A DNA stretch of 64,000 bases from Dehalococcoidia bacterium (GTDB lineage Bacteria > Chloroflexota > Dehalococcoidia > Plut-88900). Under the pieces are notes generated by a model. It did no database searches. It was not told the origin of the DNA and was given only the letters and a program-made list of their open reading frames with translations. The position numbers and the translations under genes were made by a program. Below, in pieces: positions 28,526 through 38,038 of this stretch (the stretch's first letter is position 1; the number at the start of each line of letters is the position of its first letter). The stretch spans positions 544,001 to 608,000 of the forward strand of contig CBDBLV010000004.1 in NCBI GenBank assembly GCA_965207225.1, read 5' to 3'.

Positions 28526-29620
28526 TCAGTTGCGGAGCAGCTTCAGGACCTCGGGGTGCGCCCGGCCGTTCGTGAATCGCTCCTCGAACCCCGCCGACTT
28601 CACCCTCTGCACCCATTCCCTCATCTGGCGCCTGTTGATTGCCATCAGCAGACGCCATCCTTCGTCGATCTTGTCCTTGCCACCGCCCAAGAGTACCGCC
28701 ATCGAAGCCGTGCTCGACCTGTCCGTCCCCGCAGACCCGACCGCTGAGCCCGAGAACAGGTACTCTTCTCCCTCGTCCAGGTAGGTCTGGATCTCCTCCC
28801 GGCGCTCCGGCTCGGTCTGTCCAATGTAGCGCATGTGCATGATGCCAAAAGCCACGTGTCGGGACTCGTCCTGTGCCGCCAACCGGTATATCCGTTTTTC
28901 GGCTTCATTCTTGGCCAGCAGCTCACCGGTCCGGAAGATGGTCAGCACGGGCGACTCGCCTATGACGTGCACCCGGGCGGACATCTCCGAAAAGTCCCGT
29001 GCCATGTCGATGCTTACCACCCCGCCACCCATAGTATCCTCGGAGGAGCGCATCAGTCCGCCGCCGTTGGATAGTGCCCGCTTGCGGAACACGTCCAGGT
29101 GTCGGGCCTCATCCATCATCTGGGTCATCAGGAACATCCGGGTTTCCAGGTAGTCGGGGCTGATGGTGGCGACCCACCGTCCCGGGATGTCCGCGGCAAC
29201 GAACTCAATGTCGCTGAGGAAAGTCGTAAACTGGCATGCCGCCCGCTCGATGTCATCGGGAAGGGGTTCGATTGTCTCCCATGGAATGTCGGTAGCCGAG
29301 CTCCACTGCCTTTGCAGGGCCTCTTCGTACAGGCCGCCGGCGTTCCTCAGCCAGACGTCTTGCTTGGAGTTGACGTAGTAGGCGCCGCTCCGGTAGTTCC
29401 ACTCCCGCGCCGCCGACCCCCGCTGCCGCCCCGACCTTATGGAGCTGCTTTCGGGGGCATCTCCGTAGGACTCCATCTGGATATCTTCAAGGGTCAGCCC
29501 GTGCTTGCCCGGTTCGGCCTTCATTCCCCACTGACCCTTGGAGTCCATCCAGTCCAATGTGGGTTCGTAATGCTCGTCGTAAGCTACGCCCGGACCCGCA
29601 GAGATGGTGGTGTTCGGCAT
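28526..29620 (-). CDS. ferritin-like di-iron carboxylate protein (putative catalytic subunit)
   Basis: complete E...DEARH...E...DESRH ligand set. Confidence 0.8.
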   Translation of the reverse strand: MPNTTISAGPGVAYDEHYEPTLDWMDSKGQWGMKAEPGKHGLTLEDIQMESYGDAPESSSIRSGRQRGSAAREWNYRSGAYYVNSKQDVWLRNAGGLYEEALQRQWSSATDIPWETIEPLPDDIERAACQFTTFLSDIEFVAADIPGRWVATISPDYLETRMFLMTQMMDEARHLDVFRKRALSNGGGLMRSSEDTMGGGVVSIDMARDFSEMSARVHVIGESPVLTIFRTGELLAKNEAEKRIYRLAAQDESRHVAFGIMHMRYIGQTEPERREEIQTYLDEGEEYLFSGSAVGSAGTDRSSTASMAVLLGGGKDKIDEGWRLLMAINRRQMREWVQRVKSAGFEERFTNGRAHPEVLKLLRN

Positions 29621-29803
29621 GTCTTTACTCCCTGAATTCCACTACCCTATCCGAGACCAATGTACCACGCTCAATATACTTGCTGGCCTGAACTCGTGTC
29701 AAACCCGACGTTAGGCTCGATAAGCCTTTCATCCCCTCATGGTACAATCCACCCCTCCATCCCCTCTCGCCAAACCTGTGGATATGAAAGAGGAACCCGT
29801 GGC

Positions 29804-32629
29804 ATGACAACTACCTCCCCAATTTCCCTCAACGTCAATGGTTCGACCCATACCATCGACGCCCCGCCCGACAGCACTCTCCTCGAAGTCCTTAGAAACG
29901 ACCTCGATCTTATAGGCGCAAAGCAGGCCTGCGACGTTGGCGAGTGCGGCAGCTGCATAGTCATGTTCGGCGGCAAGGGCGTCATGTCTTGCCTTCTGCC
30001 CGCTCGTCGGGCACAAAACAAGCCCATCGTCACCATTGAGGGCCTCGCTGAATGGCACGCTGAATCCACTGAGACCTCAGACCCCCAGCCCGACTCCCTT
30101 CATCCACTTCAGCAGGCCTTCATAGACCTTGGCGCTTCCCAGTGCGGCTACTGCATACCGGGCATAATCATGGAGGCTTCGGCCCTTCTCGCGAAGAATC
30201 CCAACCCTACCCGTGAGGACGTGGTCAAGCGGCTGTCCCGGAACATCTGCCGGTGCACGGGCTACGTAAAAGTTGTCGAGGCAGTCCTCGGGGCTGCAGA
30301 AGCCATCCGTGATGGTACCCTGACCGCTAGAGAATTGACCAATGGCGGCTCCACTGTCGGCGCCAGCATCACCCGGCTCGACGATAGAGACAAGGTTACC
30401 GGCGTCGCCCGCTACGCCGCCGACCTCAAGATGCCCGGCGTCCTGTACGCAAAGGTCCTCCGCAGCAAGGTCCACCATGCCAACATCATTTCCATCGATA
30501 CCAGTGCCGCCGAGGCAGTCCCGGGCGTCGAGGCCATCGTCACCGCCAGGGATATTCCGGGAAGCCCCGTAATGATCAATGCCAAGCCCCAGAGATTCCT
30601 GTTCCCCAGCGACAAAATCAGGTTCATGGGCGAGGCCCTTGGCGCGGTAGCCGCTGACTCCGAAGAAGCCGCCGAAGAAGCCCTGTCGAAGATAGTAGTC
30701 GAATACGAGGAGCTTCCCCCAATACTCGATTTCCGCAAGGCCGATGACCCCGATGCACCGCTCATCAATCCCCCCGAACCCAACACGATATTCTCCAGAA
30801 GAGTGATTTCGGGAGACGCCAGTGCGGCCATGGAAAAGGCCGACGTTGTGGTGCGAAACACCTTCTCCAGCCCAAGATGGGAACACTTCTACATGGAGCC
30901 CGAGGCTGGTCTCGGCTATATCGATGAAGATGGCCGTATCTTCCTCAACTTCCCATCCCACGAGCCCTTTGAAGGACACGCCTTCATCGCCAGCCTTCTC
31001 GGCATCGACGAGGACCGCATCAGGATAGTCTGCCCGACCATGGGCGGAAACTTCGGAGGTCGGGAGGACTACGTCACGGCCGGAGTTATGGCCGTCCTCG
31101 TGCACAAGACTCGCAAGCCCGTGAGGGTGGTGTTGAGCCGGGAGGAGTCGTTGTTCGGTTCTTCCAAGTGGTTTGGCTTCCAAGTGGACTGCACCACCGG
31201 CGCAACCAGGGACGGAAAACTCGTCGCTGTTGACACCCAGGTCCTGGTCGACGGCGGCAACTGGAGCCACGAGCCCGGCCAAGAGATCAACGACTGCGTG
31301 GGCCGAAACTCCTACTTCCTCACCGGCCCCTACCTCGTCCCCGACGTCAAAATCGAGGTGATGGAGGCCTGCACCAACAGCGCCCGGGCCATCCCCATAC
31401 GCGGCATTACCAGCATCAACTCCGCCCTGGTCCACGAGACTCAGATGGACCTCCTCGCCGAGAAGCTGGGCATGGACAAGCTGGACTTCAGGATCAAAAA
31501 CGCCTTGGTGGCAGGCGACACCCTCCACACCGGCATGCTCCTTGAAGAGAGCGTGGAGGTAAAGGCCACCCTGGAGCAGTCCAGGAGGCCCTACGCCGAA
31601 GCCCGTGCCCGCACAGAGTCCGACCCACCTCCCGCACCATGGAAGCGGGGCATTGGCATCGGCACCGGATGGAGGGCCGTGGGTGTTGGGGGAAGGTACT
31701 TCTCTGCGGCGGAGCTGTTGGAATCGGGCAAGGTAAAGGTGTATCTCGGTGCGGTTGAAAAGGGCCAGGGGAGCAAGACTGCCATGGCCCAGATTGCCGC
31801 CGGAGAACTCGGGCTGCCACTGGACGCCATCGAGGTAGTGATGGGCGACACCATCGCCGCACCCTACCATCACATAACCGCATCCCAGGGCACTATAACC
31901 ATGGTCGGCGGGGCGCTCCACCAGGCCACGATAGCACTAAAGAAGGCGCTGGTAGAGGCCGCTTCGGAGATTCTTGAGGACTCTGCTGACAACATCGAAT
32001 GCTCAGGCGGGAAGGTCTTCTCCACCCGGGCCCCGGCTGAAGTCCTCACCTTCACCCAACTGGCCCGGCACCTGCATGAAAACGACCTCCCGACCAAGTA
32101 CGAAGGCTCCTTCGCCTACAAGTTCGCCAAGACCTACAGCGAAAAGTCCAAGCAGCAAGCCTTCGACCCGGTGACCGGTCAGGGCTCCAACTGTGACGTG
32201 TTCGCCTACGCAACCTGTCTTGCAGAGCTGGACGTGAATACGGAGACCGGGCAGGTGAAAGTCCACCGCGTCACCTACGTCGCCGACTCCGGCAAGATCA
32301 TCCACCCCCTCAGCTTCGAGGGCCAGTGCCAGGGAGGGGTTGTGTATGGCCTCGGGCTTGCGCTCAGCGAACAGTACATCCCCGGCGAGACCCGCACCAT
32401 CAAGGACTACGGCCTCACATCCATCAAGGAAGCTCCCGTGGACATTGATGTCATTACGGTAGAAGGCAGCTACTCCCAGGGGCCCTTTGGGGCCAAGGGC
32501 GGCGGCGAGATGAGCGATGTTCCCATCGTCGGGGCCATCATCAACGGCATCGCCGACGCCACCGGCGCCCGGGTCTTCGACCTCCCCGCCACCCCCGAAA
32601 GGGTCCTCGAAGCCCTGGCACGGCGTTAG
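29804..32629 (+). CDS. xanthine dehydrogenase/aldehyde oxidoreductase family, 2x[2Fe-2S] fused to Mo-cofactor domain
   Basis: CDVGECGSC, QCGYC, CRCTGY, GGNFGGR, AKGGGE; start moved to ATG 29804. Confidence 0.9.
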   Translation: MTTTSPISLNVNGSTHTIDAPPDSTLLEVLRNDLDLIGAKQACDVGECGSCIVMFGGKGVMSCLLPARRAQNKPIVTIEGLAEWHAESTETSDPQPDSLHPLQQAFIDLGASQCGYCIPGIIMEASALLAKNPNPTREDVVKRLSRNICRCTGYVKVVEAVLGAAEAIRDGTLTARELTNGGSTVGASITRLDDRDKVTGVARYAADLKMPGVLYAKVLRSKVHHANIISIDTSAAEAVPGVEAIVTARDIPGSPVMINAKPQRFLFPSDKIRFMGEALGAVAADSEEAAEEALSKIVVEYEELPPILDFRKADDPDAPLINPPEPNTIFSRRVISGDASAAMEKADVVVRNTFSSPRWEHFYMEPEAGLGYIDEDGRIFLNFPSHEPFEGHAFIASLLGIDEDRIRIVCPTMGGNFGGREDYVTAGVMAVLVHKTRKPVRVVLSREESLFGSSKWFGFQVDCTTGATRDGKLVAVDTQVLVDGGNWSHEPGQEINDCVGRNSYFLTGPYLVPDVKIEVMEACTNSARAIPIRGITSINSALVHETQMDLLAEKLGMDKLDFRIKNALVAGDTLHTGMLLEESVEVKATLEQSRRPYAEARARTESDPPPAPWKRGIGIGTGWRAVGVGGRYFSAAELLESGKVKVYLGAVEKGQGSKTAMAQIAAGELGLPLDAIEVVMGDTIAAPYHHITASQGTITMVGGALHQATIALKKALVEAASEILEDSADNIECSGGKVFSTRAPAEVLTFTQLARHLHENDLPTKYEGSFAYKFAKTYSEKSKQQAFDPVTGQGSNCDVFAYATCLAELDVNTETGQVKVHRVTYVADSGKIIHPLSFEGQCQGGVVYGLGLALSEQYIPGETRTIKDYGLTSIKEAPVDIDVITVEGSYSQGPFGAKGGGEMSDVPIVGAIINGIADATGARVFDLPATPERVLEALARR

Positions 32630-32651
32630 TTTCAAGCCTTTCGGCAATGCG

Positions 32652-33884
32652 TTGAACACCATCCTGGCGATCCGGGAGAAGCGGGCTTACGGCTGGGCCG
32701 TCCTGGTCTCCTTTACCGTCAACTACGCCTTCGTCGTTGTGGTGTTCATGACCCTCGGCCTCCTCCTGCCTGACATACGGGAAGACCTCGGCATCGACGT
32801 GCGGGGCGCCGGGTGGCTGGCGTCATCTCTACTCATCGCTAACCTTTTCCTCGAAATCCCCCTGAACTGGACCCTGTCAAAGTTTCGTCCGTGGCGGGTG
32901 TCCGTTGTCGCGTTTTTTGGCACCCTCGCCATGGTCCTGCTTCATGCCTTCTCACCCACTTTTGCCGTTCTGATCGTTGCAAGGGTTGGACTGGGCATCT
33001 TCTACCTGTCATCTCAGCCTCCCAGGACCCTCCTGATCCTCATGTGGATCCCAAAGAAGAACGTAGGGTTGGCCAACGGCGTACTTTTCGGCATCATGGC
33101 CGTTTTCGAAGGCCTGGGCTTTGTCCTGATTCCTCGGATCAATGACTGGACCGGAGACTGGCGGGAAACTCTCCTGGTCTGGGCAATCCTGTGCGCCGTG
33201 GGCACTCTCGTCTGGACCATCATCGGCGTCGATCGAAAGTCCATGCAGCTCGAACCCAGCCCCGAGCCCCCTCCCGCAAACCAGACCCCGCTCAGGGCGC
33301 TGGTAAAGTACAAGGAGCCTTGGGTACTGGGATTTGGCATCGCTGCAACGATTGCCGGCAGGCTCACCTTCGACACCTGGTGGCCTACCTTCATCACCGA
33401 GACCTATGGTATTGAGAAAACGACCGCCGGACTCATTCTCGCCGTAATTTCTGTTTCCGGGTTCCCGTCGTCCCTCGGCCTCTCCGCTATTCCCTTCCTC
33501 GTCCGCTACCCGGGGATCACGATGATCGGTGGGGGAATCGTCCTTGCGGCCACCTACATGGGCATGCTTTTCACGGGGTCGCTGCCGCTATTATTCCTGC
33601 TAGGGCTGGGGAACGGTTTGGGCTTTGGATTCTTCGCCATAATGATGGCTTCCTTCTACACATTGCGCGGGATACAACCCAGGGACCTGGCAATAGTCGT
33701 GGCCGTTTTCTACACCATCATGTGGGGTGGAGCAGCCATAGGACCTGTCCTTGCGGGCTTCATCGCCGGAGAGGACGAGAACCTCAGGCTCGGCCTCTTT
33801 GTTCTCTGCTTGGCGCCACTTGGCCTCTCCGTCGTCGGTTTGTGGCATCTGCTCCGCCGACGCCCTCCCATACCCGACTCTTAG
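32652..33884 (+). CDS. MFS transporter
   Basis: about 12 hydrophobic segments; start uncertain (TTG). Confidence 0.82.
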   Translation: MNTILAIREKRAYGWAVLVSFTVNYAFVVVVFMTLGLLLPDIREDLGIDVRGAGWLASSLLIANLFLEIPLNWTLSKFRPWRVSVVAFFGTLAMVLLHAFSPTFAVLIVARVGLGIFYLSSQPPRTLLILMWIPKKNVGLANGVLFGIMAVFEGLGFVLIPRINDWTGDWRETLLVWAILCAVGTLVWTIIGVDRKSMQLEPSPEPPPANQTPLRALVKYKEPWVLGFGIAATIAGRLTFDTWWPTFITETYGIEKTTAGLILAVISVSGFPSSLGLSAIPFLVRYPGITMIGGGIVLAATYMGMLFTGSLPLLFLLGLGNGLGFGFFAIMMASFYTLRGIQPRDLAIVVAVFYTIMWGGAAIGPVLAGFIAGEDENLRLGLFVLCLAPLGLSVVGLWHLLRRRPPIPDS

Positions 33885-33913
33885 CATGACAACCTGGATT
33901 ACCATTTAAACCT

Positions 33914-35158
33914 ATGGCCTCCCAACCCGAATACATAGGTCCCTACCGCTGGGTAATCGTCAGTTCCGTCACCGCTCTGACCGGGGCACATCTGGCACTT
34001 ATCTACATCATTGGCCTGCTGCTCCCGGACATAGTCGATGACCTCGGCCTCTCCCCAACCGAGCAGGGCTGGCTCGGCTCTTCCGTACTGCTGGCCAACC
34101 TCGTTCTTGCCATCCCCCTTAACACGCTGATATCCAGGTACAGGCCCTGGCGCGTGATAGCCATAATGTCCCTGGCCGCCGCCTGCTTCGGGCTCCTTCA
34201 AGGCTGGTCTCCAATACTGGCCGCCCTGATCATCGGCAGGGTAGGCGTGGGGTTGTGCTTTGCCGCCACCATGGCCCCCCGAGCCCTGATGCTCCAGCAA
34301 TGGTCCACCCAGCAGCGCATTGCCCTTACCAACGGCGCCTGGGTCTCCGGCGTCGACGTCGTGATGGGTATAGGGTTCCTGGTCACGCCTTTCATCCTGG
34401 ACTGGGTCGGAAACTGGCAGGGCGTGTACTACTTCTGGGGGTTCTTCAGCCTCGGCCTGGCCGTAGTCTGGCTCGTGTTCGGGAGAGAACGGTCCACCGG
34501 CGAGTACCGACAAAGGATGGAGTCCCAGCTCGAAAGTCCACTGACCGTCTTCCGCAGGTATCCCGAGCTTTGGATCATCGGCATTGGCATGTTCGGAGGC
34601 ATGACCGCCAACACCGGCTTCCAGACCTTCTGGCCCCGACTCGCCGACGAGCAGCTGCTCATAGACCCGAAGATTGTCGCCTTGACCCTCGCCCTACAGG
34701 CCATTGCCACGGCCCCTCTCGGCTTCCTGGTCAATGCCGTCCCCCGATTCGTCGGGAGGCAGACCCTCATCCTTGCCGTTGGCGGGGTGGCGGTTTCTGC
34801 TTCCTACATCGCCCTGCTGTTCGCCACCTCCACGCCTCTTGTCCTTCTGCTCGGAGTGGCGGAGGGCCTGTCCCGAGCCTACTTCCCCGTCCTGATGACG
34901 ATGGTATTCCTCCTCCCGAGGGTCAAGCCCCGGGAGGCGGGTATTGGCCTGGCCTTCATCGAGACCTGCATCTGGGGAGGCGGGGCGCTCGGGCCCGTGA
35001 TAGTCGGGTTCGTGGAAGAGGCTACCGGCGACCTCCGGACCGCCATCATGGTTATCTGTTTCGCACCCCTGGTCCTCGTCCCCGCATCCCTGCTTCTCGT
35101 CTTCCGACGCTGGGACCCCTTCGCCAACTTCACTACAGCCCGTGCCGCCGAGTCCTAA
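33914..35158 (+). CDS. MFS transporter
   Basis: about 12 TM segments; paralog of neighbour. Confidence 0.85.
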   Translation: MASQPEYIGPYRWVIVSSVTALTGAHLALIYIIGLLLPDIVDDLGLSPTEQGWLGSSVLLANLVLAIPLNTLISRYRPWRVIAIMSLAAACFGLLQGWSPILAALIIGRVGVGLCFAATMAPRALMLQQWSTQQRIALTNGAWVSGVDVVMGIGFLVTPFILDWVGNWQGVYYFWGFFSLGLAVVWLVFGRERSTGEYRQRMESQLESPLTVFRRYPELWIIGIGMFGGMTANTGFQTFWPRLADEQLLIDPKIVALTLALQAIATAPLGFLVNAVPRFVGRQTLILAVGGVAVSASYIALLFATSTPLVLLLGVAEGLSRAYFPVLMTMVFLLPRVKPREAGIGLAFIETCIWGGGALGPVIVGFVEEATGDLRTAIMVICFAPLVLVPASLLLVFRRWDPFANFTTARAAES

Positions 35159-36399
35159 CCCACGAATCTCCAGTCGAAGGGCGCCTGGGATATCACCTCT
35201 GGGCCGTTGCTGGTGATGATAACCTGCTCTTCCAGCTTCACCTGCTCCAGCCCATTCTCCCGACCCCAGCTGGACTCCACCGAAATTACCATGTTCTCTT
35301 CCAGGTGGCCGGGATAGTTCCCCAGCCCCGTGTCGCTCCTGTCCGGGAAGAAGATCGCCGGATATTCGTCGGACATCCCGTCCCCGTGAGCGAGAATCGT
35401 GTACCGGTTGGCCTTGTACTCGTCGGGCACCTCCGGGGACTTCTCCGCAATCTCCTGGAAGCTCGCTCCGGCCCGGTATAGCGGCAGACACCGCTGCAGG
35501 AACTCGTAGGCTCGCTTGTAGGCATCGTCTTGCTCCTCGCTGGGGGTGCCGTCTCCACACAGATACGTGCGGGAAATGTCGGCGAAGTAGCCGAGCGGTC
35601 CGGCCATGTCCGTGTCTATGGTTATAAGGTTGCCCGGAAGCACCAGCCTGTCCGACGCCTCTCTCTTCAGCCACGGGTTCGTGTTGCCTCCCGCGCAAAG
35701 CAGCTTGGAGTCAGTTCTCTCTCCCCCGAATCTCAGGTTGGTAGCGGCCAGAACTGCGTACAGATCGTTCTCGGTTACGCCCGGTTCGATGGCACCCTGA
35801 ACGTTGGCCAGGGCCACGTCCCCTATGGCACTCGCCTGCCTGATGAGTACCAGCTCGTCCTCGGTTTTCACTGCCCGTGCCCTGTCCATAGGCAAAAGCC
35901 CGTCTTCTAATACAACCCCCTGCTCCTCCAGGGCACGTATGGTCGCCATATCACCCTTATCTAGTCCTATCGGCTCACCGACGATATGTAGCTCCGTCAA
36001 CAGGTCCTTGAACTCCACTGCCCACCGTCTGGTTGCATCCCACATGAACTCCGCCGTCCTCCACGACGCCATGTTGAACACCGGCCGACCTATCACGTCG
36101 TCCCCCAGCACCGGGGCCTCCGTGATCGATGGCATGAACAGCACCGGCTTACCTTCCCGAGGCACCAATGCGTGCCGACCCTTCAAATGTAGAAAGAAGG
36201 TCTCGAAATTCCGGGTTCCAGTAGCGTAGCGCACGTTTATCGGGTCGAAGAGAAGCAGCCCTCCCAGGTCGGCCCGGGCCAACTCTGCCTGTATCCGCCC
36301 TATCCTTTCCAGCCGCAGCCTCCGCACGTCCACCCGCTCCTCGAAATCGACCACCTGGGTCCCGACAACATCCCTTTCGTGCAACTGTTTGGCACACAC
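35155..36399 (-). CDS. M24B peptidase-fold protein, DddP-like
   Basis: LFDPINVRYAT, TNPW, DTDMAG...DISRT, HGDGMSDEYP, VKLEEQV. Confidence 0.82.
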   Translation of the reverse strand: MCAKQLHERDVVGTQVVDFEERVDVRRLRLERIGRIQAELARADLGGLLLFDPINVRYATGTRNFETFFLHLKGRHALVPREGKPVLFMPSITEAPVLGDDVIGRPVFNMASWRTAEFMWDATRRWAVEFKDLLTELHIVGEPIGLDKGDMATIRALEEQGVVLEDGLLPMDRARAVKTEDELVLIRQASAIGDVALANVQGAIEPGVTENDLYAVLAATNLRFGGERTDSKLLCAGGNTNPWLKREASDRLVLPGNLITIDTDMAGPLGYFADISRTYLCGDGTPSEEQDDAYKRAYEFLQRCLPLYRAGASFQEIAEKSPEVPDEYKANRYTILAHGDGMSDEYPAIFFPDRSDTGLGNYPGHLEENMVISVESSWGRENGLEQVKLEEQVIITSNGPEVISQAPFDWRFVG

Positions 36400-36576
36400 T
36401 TTGCTAGCCCTCGATTCTTGTTTGTTGGGACCATATCCGCCGGTGCGATTCTAGGAGTGGGGTAGCGTGTGGTCAATGAACCATGGTTTGCCATTGCCTC
36501 TCAGCATTGCGGCCTGTAGGATTGTGCAATCCGCCCTGACGGGCTCGAAAATAAGGTAACAACAAGGGAACACAAC

Positions 36577-37740
36577 ATGCAGCAGAAAGTCGTGTCCGCC
36601 GACTGTCACATTGACCTTAGCTGGCTGCCCGAGGACCTGTTCACCACCCGGGCCCCGGCCCACCTGCAGTCCTCGATGCCCACGGTCCAGGAGACTGACG
36701 ACGGACGCTGGTGGAAGATTGACGACGCTGTCATCTCCCGGGTTGCCGGCTCGGGCTTCAGCGGGACCGCCGAAAAATACGTCCCGGGCGCATCCCTGCA
36801 CCTTGACCGGATGGAGCAGGAAGGCTTCTTCTCCGATGCAGCCAGGGGCCTCTACCACCCCACCACCCCCGAGCTCCGGCTCCGCGACCAGGACATCGAC
36901 GGCATTAGCGGCGAGGTGATCTACGGCATTCTCGGGGTTGCCAGCGGCTTTGCAGCAGGCGGAGACGCCGTACGCAACTCCGAGGTCCTGGCAACCGTTT
37001 ACGACATCTACAACCAGTGGGCCTCCGAGTTCTGTTCCACCAACCCCGAACGCTTCATAGGACTGGCCTGCCTCTCCAGCCACGACCCCCAGGTCGCCGC
37101 CCAACAGCTGTCCAGGGCCGCAGATCTCGGCCTACGCGGCGCCGAGTTCAACGTTTCCAGTGCATCCTCCCCCATCTACCAGCCGGAATGGGACGCCCTG
37201 TGGACCGTCTCAGCTGAGCGAAACATGCCCATCTCCTTCCACACCGTGGGCCTTCCATACCGAAAGCCCGACCCAGGCGCCCCCGAATACTGCGGCTACG
37301 TCGCTATGGGCATCAACTTCACCTTGTTCCAGCTCTCAGGCGCGGAGTTCTTGACCAGCATCATCCTCTCGGGCGCATGCTCCAACCACACCGACTTCAA
37401 ATTCGTGCTTGGGGAGTGTGGAGTGGGGTGGATTCCCTACGTCCTCCACAGGCTCGACCAGGAGTACAAGGACCGGCTTTTCCACCTGGAGCTGGAGATG
37501 GAGCCCAGCGACTACTGGCGTCGGCAGGGATACTCCACCTTCCAGGACGAGGTGATCACCCAGGAAGTCGTAGACCTCGTCGGCGAGTCCAACATCATGT
37601 GGGGCTCCGACTACCCTCACCCCGACGGCATCTGGCCCGAGTCCCGGCAGCTCCTCGAAACCAACCTCGCCAACCTCGACGAGGAGACCCGCACCAACAT
37701 AACCTACCGCAACGCCGCCGAACTCTACCGCTTCAACTAA
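36577..37740 (+). CDS. amidohydrolase_2 family protein
   Basis: SADCH, ISFH, GECGVGW, MWGSDYPH. Confidence 0.9.
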   Translation: MQQKVVSADCHIDLSWLPEDLFTTRAPAHLQSSMPTVQETDDGRWWKIDDAVISRVAGSGFSGTAEKYVPGASLHLDRMEQEGFFSDAARGLYHPTTPELRLRDQDIDGISGEVIYGILGVASGFAAGGDAVRNSEVLATVYDIYNQWASEFCSTNPERFIGLACLSSHDPQVAAQQLSRAADLGLRGAEFNVSSASSPIYQPEWDALWTVSAERNMPISFHTVGLPYRKPDPGAPEYCGYVAMGINFTLFQLSGAEFLTSIILSGACSNHTDFKFVLGECGVGWIPYVLHRLDQEYKDRLFHLELEMEPSDYWRRQGYSTFQDEVITQEVVDLVGESNIMWGSDYPHPDGIWPESRQLLETNLANLDEETRTNITYRNAAELYRFN

Positions 37741-37811
37741 CCCCTCTCCATCATCGCCCCCACCCTCAAGTTGGAATCGATCCCTTGGGGTCTGGGGCAG
37801 CCCCATCCCTC

Positions 37812-37899
37812 GTAGGGGCAGGTTTCATGCCTGCCCTCCCCGGTGGCGGGGCCGCTCACCCTGAGCGCAGTCGAAGGGTCGAGCGGGGGGAGGCTCGCG
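37812..37899 (+). repeat. REP cluster: GTAG-type REP plus R1 copy
   Basis: GTAGGGGCAGGTTTCATGCCTGCCCT hairpin, then CCGCTCACCCTGAGCGCAGTCGAAGGG. Confidence 0.65.
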
Positions 37900-38038
37900 C
37901 CCGCTAATCCGTAACGTTCTATCAGCAGACCGGGACGCCTACGCTTTCATCCCATAACCCCGCGAGGGATATCTCACGCCTGCCCTTAAGACCCACCTAT
38001 ATTCAACTACCCTCCCCACGCGGTATATTCCCCTCCGC

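Noticed and set aside
30077-31921. Long overlapping ORFs (614 aa here; also 34255..35481 and 61594..63102)
   Set aside because: Shadow frames of well-supported genes in GC-rich DNA, with no recognisable motifs.
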